From: Candidatus Omnitrophota bacterium
Lineage (GTDB): Bacteria; Omnitrophota; Gorgyraeia; Zapsychrales; Fredricksoniimonadaceae
Reading direction: 5' to 3'
DNA length: 62,934 nt
Assembly: GCA_015232565.1 (NCBI GenBank)
Contig: JADFZK010000012.1
Coordinates: 1 to 62,934, forward strand
Shown: positions 55,613 through 62,934 of the stretch, in pieces
Numbering within the stretch: the first letter of the stretch is position 1
Layout of the letters: each line of letters opens with the position of its first letter
Translations under genes and position numbers: made by a program
The notes under the pieces: generated by a model
Told to the model about the DNA's origin: nothing
Databases searched by the model: none
The model's input: the letters and a program-made list of their open reading frames with translations, nothing else

Positions 55613-56510
55613 TTGTTTTGAGGCGGTCCCTTGCGGCGTCTGCGGGGCGGATGATTTCTCAATTGTTTATCCGGCGGATAATAAGGCCGGCCGGGTGGAG
55701 AATGTAGCGGAGACTTTCCGTTCTTCCGGCGATGAAAAACTTACCGACCAGCTGGTGCGTTGCCGGGTTTGCGGTTTTCAGTATTTGAATCCGCGCCTGA
55801 AGGCCAGCCTGGTCCTGGAGGGATATTCGGCCGGCGAGGATGCAACTTTTGTTTCCCAGGCAGTGTCGCGGGAAGAGACTTTTTTCGACGCTCTGGCCGC
55901 TATTGAAAGCATGGCACCAGCCAAGGGGCGGGTGCTGGACGTGGGCACGGCCGGCGGGTCTTTTCTGGCCGCCGCGCGCCGGCGGGGCTGGGAAACGGCC
56001 GGTTGCGAGCCCAATCGCTGGTTATGCGAGTGGGCCGGGAAAAGTTATGGCCTGCAGGTGACTCCCGGTACTATATTCGACATGAGCCTGGCGGAGGCTT
56101 CTTTCGACCTGGTAACTTTATGGGATGTGCTCGAGCATACTCCGGACCCGCGCAAGGTATTAACTGAATGCCGCCGGGTGCTCAAGCCCGGCGGGTTACT
56201 GGTGGTGAATTATCCCGATATCGGTTCGGCGGTGGCCCGGATGATGGGGCGGCGCTGGGTTTTTCTTTTGTCGGTGCATTTGTATTATTTCGATCAAAAG
56301 GCCATGGCGCGGATCCTTAATGAAACCGGCTTTACAGTTTTACAAAGCCGGCCGCATTGGCAAAAACTGGAACTGGATTATATTTTGTTCCGTATGCAGG
56401 CTTATATTCCGGTGGTCCCGGCTTTCTTCCGCAAGGTCTTTGCCGCGGTCGGCCTGAAGAACCTGAATGTCCCCTATTGGATGGGTCAGACCCTGGTAAT
56501 TGCAAAATAA
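55593..56510 (+). CDS. Class I SAM methyltransferase with N-terminal zinc ribbon
   Basis: CGVCG...CRVCG, VLDVGTAGG, WDVLEH, LKPGG. Confidence 0.85.
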   Translation: MSAGANDCFEAVPCGVCGADDFSIVYPADNKAGRVENVAETFRSSGDEKLTDQLVRCRVCGFQYLNPRLKASLVLEGYSAGEDATFVSQAVSREETFFDALAAIESMAPAKGRVLDVGTAGGSFLAAARRRGWETAGCEPNRWLCEWAGKSYGLQVTPGTIFDMSLAEASFDLVTLWDVLEHTPDPRKVLTECRRVLKPGGLLVVNYPDIGSAVARMMGRRWVFLLSVHLYYFDQKAMARILNETGFTVLQSRPHWQKLELDYILFRMQAYIPVVPAFFRKVFAAVGLKNLNVPYWMGQTLVIAK

Positions 56511-56517
56511 GGCGGTT

Positions 56518-57927
56518 ATGGCACAAAAAAAGAACGTGGTGGTTTTGGGCGGCGGTGTGGCGGGTTTGGCCGTGGCGTATTATTTGTTGAAAAGCGGCGG
56601 GTTTTCCGTGACGGTATTGGAGCGCGAGCCGGTGACGGGCGGCGTGTGCGGCAGTTTTGAACACGACGGCTTTGTGCTGGATTATGGCGCGCATAAAATG
56701 TATTCGGTCATTCCGGGAGTAATGGACGAGTTCCGCGACCTTATGGGTTCGGGCCTTCTGGAAGTCCGTAAAAAGAACCGGATCTATTTGCGCGGCCGTT
56801 TGCTGGATTATCCGTTAAAACTGGGCAATGTGCTGGCAGTCCTGGGGGCAAAAGATTTTCTGCGCCTGGGCCTGGGGTATGCCTGGTCGTCGTTAAAAGG
56901 TTTGCTGGGCAGTCCGGCGGCCCGGTCGTATGAAGATTATATGCAGAGGGTCTTCGGCTCGGCGGCGTATGCACTTATTTTCCGTCCTCTGGCGGACAAG
57001 GTGTGGGGTGAGCCGGCAACTTTGCACAGCGAGATGGGCCGCACCCGGGTGCCGTCTTCCAACGCCCTGGAAGTGGCTTTAAAACTGCTGGGCTTAAAGA
57101 AGGAAACCAGCGCTACTAACGCGGAATATTTCCTTTATCCCGCCGCCGGCTTTCGGGCTTTTCCGGATGCCCTGGCGCGGGAGATCGTTCGCAAGCGCGG
57201 CGTAATATATACCAATGCCCGGATCGCGGCTTTGCCGCTGGTTAATGGCCGGGTGAGCGCGGTAAAGTTTACTGTCGACGGCCAGGAACGGGAGTTGCCT
57301 TGTGATACGCTGGTTTCCACTATTCCTTTAAAGTCCCTGGACCGGTTGCTGGGCCTCGGACGGCCTTCCCCGGTGGATAAATTGCAGCCCCGGCATGTGG
57401 TGCTGGTTTATCTTGTGATCAACAAGCCGTTGGTTTTGCAGGACCAATGGTTGTTCTTTCCCGAAGAGAAATATATCTTCAGCCGGATCTTTGAACAGAA
57501 ACAGATGTTGGCGGCGCTGGGGGCGCCGGAGCGCACGGTGATCTGCTGTGACTTTACCTGTGATGCCGCCAGCCCCAAATGGACTGCGGCGGATACGGCT
57601 TTGGCCAGTCGTTGTGCGGACGACCTGGCGGCTGCCGGGTTTGTGCAGCGCGGGGATATCACCGGTAGTGTGGTGCGGCGGTTTACCGACTTCTATCCCC
57701 GCTACGACCTGCGTTACCAGGAAACGCTGGGGCAGGTATTCGACCGTTTCGCCGGCGTGCCGGATCTGGTTTTGACCGGGCGTTTGGGGATGTACAATTA
57801 TAATAATGCCGACCATTGCCTGGATATGGGGCGGGTGGTGGCAGAAGGTCTGTACGCCGGCCGGCCGGCGGCGGAGGTGATGGCTACACTCAAGGAAAGG
57901 GCGGCGGGGTACCGGATCGTCGACTAG
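56518..57927 (+). CDS. FAD-dependent oxidoreductase (protoporphyrinogen oxidase/Glf-like family)
   Basis: VLGGGVAGL, LERE..TGG, DYGAH, FYPRY, GRLGMYNYNNADHC. Confidence 0.8.
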   Translation: MAQKKNVVVLGGGVAGLAVAYYLLKSGGFSVTVLEREPVTGGVCGSFEHDGFVLDYGAHKMYSVIPGVMDEFRDLMGSGLLEVRKKNRIYLRGRLLDYPLKLGNVLAVLGAKDFLRLGLGYAWSSLKGLLGSPAARSYEDYMQRVFGSAAYALIFRPLADKVWGEPATLHSEMGRTRVPSSNALEVALKLLGLKKETSATNAEYFLYPAAGFRAFPDALAREIVRKRGVIYTNARIAALPLVNGRVSAVKFTVDGQERELPCDTLVSTIPLKSLDRLLGLGRPSPVDKLQPRHVVLVYLVINKPLVLQDQWLFFPEEKYIFSRIFEQKQMLAALGAPERTVICCDFTCDAASPKWTAADTALASRCADDLAAAGFVQRGDITGSVVRRFTDFYPRYDLRYQETLGQVFDRFAGVPDLVLTGRLGMYNYNNADHCLDMGRVVAEGLYAGRPAAEVMATLKERAAGYRIVD

Positions 57928-57934
57928 GTTTTTT

Positions 57935-58594
57935 ATGAAAGATATCCAGGGTCGGCTTGAGGTGCGCTGGGACACTTACTGGTCGGGGTTCATGAATTCA
58001 CCTTTAATTGAATTTGTGCGTTTCCGCCTGGTGGCGGGCGCCTACGACCGGCTGGTTCGGCATTTGCCGGCTACGGTTGAAATCAAGCGTATTTGCGAGC
58101 TGGGGGCGGGGACCGGGACCATGAGCAAATATTTGGCCCGGCGTTATTCTTCGGCGGTGGTCCTGGTGGACAGTAATGCCGAGGCTTTGCGTTTAAGCGG
58201 CGAGCTCTTCGAAGGCCAGGCCGTTTCCTGCCAGCGGGTCGAGAAAGACGTCTTCGACCTGGAAGCCTTGCACGGTGCTTTCGACCTGGTGCATTCGGGC
58301 GGCCTTATCGAGCATTTTATTGGTGCAGCCCGCCGGGAGATCGTGCCGGTGCACTGCCGGCTGGCGGGGCCGGGCGGGCGAGTGATCATTTTGGTGCCGG
58401 TGCGCAACTGGTTTTACCGCTTATTGAACGAAGGTGTATTTCGGGCTTTCAAGCTTTTGCAGGATATTCCGGAAGTGCCCTGGTCGCTGGCCGAGCTGGA
58501 AGAGGCTTTGCGGCTGTGCGGTTTTCGTATTGTTGCCCGGACCATGGTGCTGACCGAGCTGGGGGTTTTGGCGGAACGTATTGCCGGAGACTAA
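57935..58594 (+). CDS. Class I SAM methyltransferase
   Basis: ELGAGTG, VD, HSGGLIEHF, GGRVIILVP. Confidence 0.82.
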   Translation: MKDIQGRLEVRWDTYWSGFMNSPLIEFVRFRLVAGAYDRLVRHLPATVEIKRICELGAGTGTMSKYLARRYSSAVVLVDSNAEALRLSGELFEGQAVSCQRVEKDVFDLEALHGAFDLVHSGGLIEHFIGAARREIVPVHCRLAGPGGRVIILVPVRNWFYRLLNEGVFRAFKLLQDIPEVPWSLAELEEALRLCGFRIVARTMVLTELGVLAERIAGD

Positions 58595-58596
58595 AA

Positions 58597-59766
58597 TTGC
58601 AATTCTTCAGGGATCGTTTTCAGAATTCCTCGGTGCATTTTCAGGTGGCTTTGCAGTTTTTTCGGTTTAGCCCCAAAGCGGTATGGCGGTCGGTAGTGAG
58701 CGGCTGGAAGATGTATCGCGGCGGGAAGCGAGCAGGCAAACCGGTTTTTCTGCATCTGGAACCCACCGGTGCATGTAATCTGCAGTGTCAAATGTGTCCT
58801 CGTACCACCTCGATCACGCGTGACCTTCAGGCGATGCCTTTTGATCTTTTTACCCGGATCGTCCGGGAAGTTGACCCCTTGATCCTGGCTTTGGTGGGTT
58901 TTGGCGAGCCCTTGCTGCATCCCCGCCTTTTGGATATGGTGCGTTACGCCGTACGCCGGGGCATAACGGTGCGGGTGTCGACGAATGCCACGTTATTGAC
59001 TTCGGAGAAGGCCGCCGGCCTGCTGGACGCCGGGCTGCAGCAGATCTGGTTCTCGGTCGACAGCCCCGACCCGGAGCATTTTGAAAGCATTCGTCAGGGC
59101 GCTTCTTTTAAAGATACCATGGGCAATATCAAGGGTTTTATGGCGGCCGTCAGCCAGCGGCGGAGGCCGGTGGCCGCTACGGTCAATTGTACCCTGACCG
59201 CCCGTAATGTGGGTGAGGCCGCGGCCATGGTCCGCTTCTGCCACGACGAGCTTAAGGTCAAGCCCACTTTTGCCCGTTCTTATGGTTATGGTTTGGAGGC
59301 GCATTCCGCGGACCTTCTGCAAAACACTCCCGCAGTGCGCGGGGCACTGGAAGCGGCGCTGACTGCCGCTTGGGAAGTGGGCTGGAAAGAAACGGCTTTG
59401 AATCTGCAGACTATCCTGGTAGACCTGGCGGCTCCGCTGGATGGTAAAGGGCCGTGTTATTTTCCTTATTATGCGGCGGCGGTATCCTGGGACGGCCGCC
59501 TGAGCCCGTGTTGCCTGTATTACGATTACCAGTTTAAGGCCGGTAAAATTGGACCGGCGGATTTTTCGTCTTTATGGAACGGCCCGGAGTTCCAGCGGTT
59601 TCGTCAGGCTCTGCTGGCCGACCGCAGTGCGGTGCCGGTATGCCGTAACTGCCCGTTAAGCGACGTGTCTATTCATAACATTCTGCATGGTATTTCCCGG
59701 GCGCCGCTGTTAGGGCGTTTTGCCGGCCGGGAATATAATTTTATCGACCGGGAAATAAAGCGATGA
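58597..59766 (+). CDS. Radical SAM/SPASM (twitch) domain protein
   Basis: EPTGACNLQCQMC, GFGEPLLHP, STNA, C-terminal CYFP...WDG..SPCC...C..C; start uncertain (TTG 58597 or GTG 58633). Confidence 0.82.
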   Translation: MQFFRDRFQNSSVHFQVALQFFRFSPKAVWRSVVSGWKMYRGGKRAGKPVFLHLEPTGACNLQCQMCPRTTSITRDLQAMPFDLFTRIVREVDPLILALVGFGEPLLHPRLLDMVRYAVRRGITVRVSTNATLLTSEKAAGLLDAGLQQIWFSVDSPDPEHFESIRQGASFKDTMGNIKGFMAAVSQRRRPVAATVNCTLTARNVGEAAAMVRFCHDELKVKPTFARSYGYGLEAHSADLLQNTPAVRGALEAALTAAWEVGWKETALNLQTILVDLAAPLDGKGPCYFPYYAAAVSWDGRLSPCCLYYDYQFKAGKIGPADFSSLWNGPEFQRFRQALLADRSAVPVCRNCPLSDVSIHNILHGISRAPLLGRFAGREYNFIDREIKR

Positions 59767-61901
59767 AGATCCGCGGGCATATTCCGCTTTGCTTATTGGG
59801 CGCGGTCTTTGCCCTTTGGACCGCCCTGCACTGGAGTAGTTTTACCGGCAAAGCTTTTTTCTCCGGGGACAACGGGCAATATTTCTACTGGTTGACTTAC
59901 CATTTCGATAATTTAACCCGCGGCGTGTATCCGTTCTGGAACCCTTTCCATGCCTGGGGCTCGGTAGATAATTTCGATGTGCGCTTTCTGGGCGAATTCA
60001 ATCCGTTCTACTGGATCATTCCGTTCCTGGGCTTGTTCCGGGTTTCTGCCGCGGCGGGTTTTCAGGCTTTTATTATTTTGTATTTCTTCCTGGGCTGTTT
60101 GGGCTTCTTTGCCCTGGCGCGCAAGTTGTGCCGCAACGATGGTTTGGCGGTATTGGCCTGTGCCATGCTGTTATTCTCCGCTTTGGGTGAAAGGGTGTTC
60201 ACGCAATTGGCCGTACTTATAACTTTGGTGCCGGCCATCTGGTTCTTTAATGAACTGACGGGTTTTTATCAGGAGGCGGATGGCAAGTTTCAGATCCGCC
60301 GTATATTGGGCTTGTTTTTTTGGACCATGATCATGGCGGTGAGTTATATACCGTTCTTTTTTATTCTGGTCATGCTGGCTTTTCTGGCGGGTTTGTTAAT
60401 ATTCAACCGGAAAGTATTTCCGTTGTTCTTTGGCAAGTTGATCGCTTTCGTCCGGCGGTATCCGTTGATAATCCTGGCCGGGGTGTTAAGTTTGTCGGCG
60501 GCATTGGTGCCGGTCACCCGCTGGTATCTGGCTTCGCGAGACAGCCAGTATGTCCTGCTGGTGGACCGCGCCGAGGTGGCCTCGGCCGACAAGGCGCGGG
60601 TGCCGTTGAGCGGCATAAATGCGGGCAGTTTGTGTGTGGTCACCTCCTGGCCCGAATGGTTTGCCGACCTGGATATTACCCAGCAGACATTTTCTTATGT
60701 AACCAACTTTCTGGTGGTTTTATTGATCCTGGTCGTGGCTACTCGCTGCGCTCCTGCCCAAAGGGTGGTCTTTCTTACCGGCCTGCTGGTTTTTATGGTG
60801 GGAGCGGCGGATGTTTTTCCGTTACATCAGTTTCTTTATGATCATGTGTATATGTTTCAATTGTTCCGGAATTATTATTTTCTCTGGCCGTTCGTCATAG
60901 CGATATTTATTTTGTTCGCCGTCGGCCAGCTGAAGGTCTGGCTGGACGGGCATAAGCCGGCCGGAAGAAGCCGCTGGTTATTCCTGGCTCTTATATTGTT
61001 GGTACACCTGGCTTTAGGCGCGCTACTTTGGGCTGGTGACGGCATTGTGCTTACTTCGTACATTATGCTCGCGCTGAGTGCCCTGGTGTTTAGCGGTTAT
61101 GTTCTGGGCTGGTATGGGCAAGGAAATTGGCTTACTTTCGGGCTTTTGGCGGCCGCTCTGGTTCAGCCTTGTCAGGTACTGCCGGGTTTTCGGATACTGG
61201 CCGATCCGCCCAGGGAGTGGGGTATTCATGAAGCGAAATTCTCGTATGTGCGGCCACGGCCGGGAACGGGTTTTAATGAAGACCACGGTTTCCATTCCCG
61301 CACCAAAATAATGCAGGACGAATCCGGTTTTGTAAAAGCCGGGTACATGGGAGTGAAATATTCTTACGACCTTTCCCAGCATTTGCCTTCGGAGGCGCTG
61401 GCTCCATATGTAAAGAACAAATTTGTGCTGTATAAGGGCGTGAGTTTTCTGGACCCCAATTCTGGCGACTGGGGACGGGTGGAGGCGGTGTTAAGTGGCG
61501 CGCGCGGCTCGGCCCTGGTGTACGACCGCCAGGCTTTACGGGCTGGCGCGAATTCGGGCGCGGCGCGGGTGGTTACCGGCCCGTCGGAGGATTTGCGGGT
61601 GACGGATTTTAATGTGAACGGCCTGACGGTGCAGACCGCGCTGGCCGAGCGGGCTTTTCTGGTTTATAACGACAGTTACCATAAAGACTGGCGGGCTACG
61701 CTGGATGGCCAGGATCTGCCGGTATATCGCGCTAACGCGGCTTTCAAAGGCGTCTGGGTGGAGCCCGGGCGGCATACTATTCGCTGGCAGTTCATGCCGG
61801 GGCCCTGGCAGGCTTTTTATTTGTTCCTGACCTTCCTGTTCGCCGCTTGGAGCGTGGTAGTCCTGCTGACGCGGTTTTCGGCACAGCGGTTGCTAGTGTA
61901 G
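59763..61901 (+). CDS. YfhO-like polytopic membrane protein (putative GT-C glycosyltransferase)
   Basis: YPFWNP after first TM; C-terminal LVYNDSYHKDWRA.LDG....YRAN.AFKGV....GRHTI typical of YfhO. Confidence 0.7.
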   Translation: MKIRGHIPLCLLGAVFALWTALHWSSFTGKAFFSGDNGQYFYWLTYHFDNLTRGVYPFWNPFHAWGSVDNFDVRFLGEFNPFYWIIPFLGLFRVSAAAGFQAFIILYFFLGCLGFFALARKLCRNDGLAVLACAMLLFSALGERVFTQLAVLITLVPAIWFFNELTGFYQEADGKFQIRRILGLFFWTMIMAVSYIPFFFILVMLAFLAGLLIFNRKVFPLFFGKLIAFVRRYPLIILAGVLSLSAALVPVTRWYLASRDSQYVLLVDRAEVASADKARVPLSGINAGSLCVVTSWPEWFADLDITQQTFSYVTNFLVVLLILVVATRCAPAQRVVFLTGLLVFMVGAADVFPLHQFLYDHVYMFQLFRNYYFLWPFVIAIFILFAVGQLKVWLDGHKPAGRSRWLFLALILLVHLALGALLWAGDGIVLTSYIMLALSALVFSGYVLGWYGQGNWLTFGLLAAALVQPCQVLPGFRILADPPREWGIHEAKFSYVRPRPGTGFNEDHGFHSRTKIMQDESGFVKAGYMGVKYSYDLSQHLPSEALAPYVKNKFVLYKGVSFLDPNSGDWGRVEAVLSGARGSALVYDRQALRAGANSGAARVVTGPSEDLRVTDFNVNGLTVQTALAERAFLVYNDSYHKDWRATLDGQDLPVYRANAAFKGVWVEPGRHTIRWQFMPGPWQAFYLFLTFLFAAWSVVVLLTRFSAQRLLV

Positions 61902-62053
61902 TGTCTCTAACGCTTCTTTAAATTTGAAGAGTAATGGAAAATTGAAAATAGACCGCAATGGAGCTAAATGTTTTATTATTTCTCCATTTTCGATTGCTCC
62001 ATTGCTCCAGTGTGGTGATTTAAGTGTAAAGAGATATATCAATCACCACACTA
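61894..62053. mobile_element. 160-bp MITE-like element, copy 2 (inverted relative to copy 1)
   Basis: Bounded by CTAG at both ends (61893-61896, 62051-62054); TIR TAGTGTAGTG...CACCACACTA; same internal IR and 20-nt spacer. Confidence 0.78.
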
Positions 62054-62162
62054 GATGGCTGTTGCCGGTGTCACAATATACGAGTGAAATGATAAAAACT
62101 GGCATAAAATGAGATCATAGTATATATTTGTGGTGCGATTATTAGCTGGCACCCAATTTACT

Positions 62163-62934
62163 ATGATTAAATATAGCTTGTTTACTATATGGCGCAGGGT
62201 GATTGCGTCTTTTGTGCTGGTGGCGTTCCTGGTTAGTAATGGAGCCTGTCCGGTGGCCTTTGTGCATGCGCAGGAAGTTTCGGTCGTAACTCAACCCGGC
62301 AGTCTGGTGGCGTTGAGCCCCGCTTTTACTCCGCCTTTGTTAAAGGGCATCAAGGTTTATCCTTCCGATCCGTTGCGTTTCGATTTTATTCTGGATAAAG
62401 GTGATCTGGCGGGCAATGGCCGCGACCGTTCATTGCCGGACGAATCTTTACGTCTGATCAAATATTTTCTCGCCTCCCTGACCATTTCCGAGAAAGACCT
62501 GTGGGTCAATTTAAGCCCTTATGAGAAAGAGCGTATTGTGCCCGCGGACTTTGGCCGCACCGCAATGGGCCGCGACCTGCTGGAGCAGGATTATCTGCTG
62601 AAACAGGTTACCGCGTCCTTGCTTTATCCGGAAGGTGAGACCGGCAAACTGTTCTGGCAGAAGGTTTACGCCGCCGCGTACCAGAAGTTCGGCAGTATTG
62701 ACATTCCGGTCGACATTTTTAACAAAGTATGGATCGTGCCCGCCAAGGCAGTTATTTACGAGCCGCCAGCCAAGCCGTCCAGCCCGGGAGAAAAAAACAA
62801 CCCGCCGCCCGGCGCCTATGTGCTACAAAGCCGCCTAAAAGTAATGCTGGAAGCCGATTATTTAGCGACGTCGACCAATGCTATGCCAACCAGGGGACAT
62901 GATGCCCCGCCAGCGGATCTCAATGAGCGGGGCT
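62163..62934 (+). CDS. Modular exported protein D, N-terminal part (3' truncated by window edge; missing from ORF track)
   Basis: Manual translation: MIKYSLFTIWRRVIASFVLVAFLVS...LLKGIKVYPSDPLRFDFILD...DLWVNLSPYEKERIVP...MGRDLLEQDY...FNKVWIVP...LKVMLEADYLATSTNAMPTRGHDAPPADLNERG. Confidence 0.85.
   Translation, partial: MIKYSLFTIWRRVIASFVLVAFLVSNGACPVAFVHAQEVSVVTQPGSLVALSPAFTPPLLKGIKVYPSDPLRFDFILDKGDLAGNGRDRSLPDESLRLIKYFLASLTISEKDLWVNLSPYEKERIVPADFGRTAMGRDLLEQDYLLKQVTASLLYPEGETGKLFWQKVYAAAYQKFGSIDIPVDIFNKVWIVPAKAVIYEPPAKPSSPGEKNNPPPGAYVLQSRLKVMLEADYLATSTNAMPTRGHDAPPADLNERG
62867..62934 (+). repeat. Palindromic repeat element in frame in protein D (truncated by window)
   Basis: 64/68 identical to 44241-44308. 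Confidence 0.8.

Noticed and set aside
2504-60841. Numerous long minus-strand and alternate-frame ORFs (e.g. 9648-10706, 21528-22712, 4926-5687, 9236-10033)
   Set aside because: They shadow well-supported + strand genes, lack motifs and are expected from GC-rich codon usage
1-62934. tRNA, rRNA, transposase, integrase or phage genes
   Set aside because: None recognisable by eye; a tRNAscan/Infernal run would be needed to exclude short RNAs fully

Overview
A GC-rich (roughly mid-50s %, estimated by eye) bacterial window with essentially all credible genes on the + strand. The likely source is a diderm of the Candidatus Omnitrophota (OP3) type, inferred from LptD/MsbA and a family of ~1000-aa secreted paralogues ending in a GGID[FL] motif. 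Positions 1-43.2 kb and 53.2-61.9 kb hold a very large cell-envelope glycan region: nucleotide-sugar dehydrogenases and epimerases, a GDP-heptose pathway, a ColD-type dehydratase, a TPP E1 alpha/beta pair, GT2/GT4/GT9/GT28/GT-C transferases, 4 radical SAM enzymes and 5 SAM methyltransferases. Interspersed are two diguanylate cyclases, glucokinase, lptD, a mirrored REC/His-box pair, a repeat-flanked COG1373 ATPase, a degenerate priA and fmt. The most striking system is a family of four paralogous exported proteins (43600-46776, 46903-49908, 50016-53048, 62163->end). They share a signal/TM segment, a ~330-aa conserved N-domain ending IPRKYFSGG and a C-terminal GGID module, but carry unrelated central cargos: a gluzincin HExxH-x18-E protease, a putative His/Cys clan-CD-like protease, and a 4x ~112-aa repeat. 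Two members carry an in-frame palindromic DNA insert that also occurs as a free intergenic copy. Several other non-coding structured elements are present: a 160-bp MITE in two inverted copies, a 237-nt rod hairpin, a ~100-nt hairpin and a duplicated promoter. All alignments and motif calls were made by eye; no database searches or folding programs were run.
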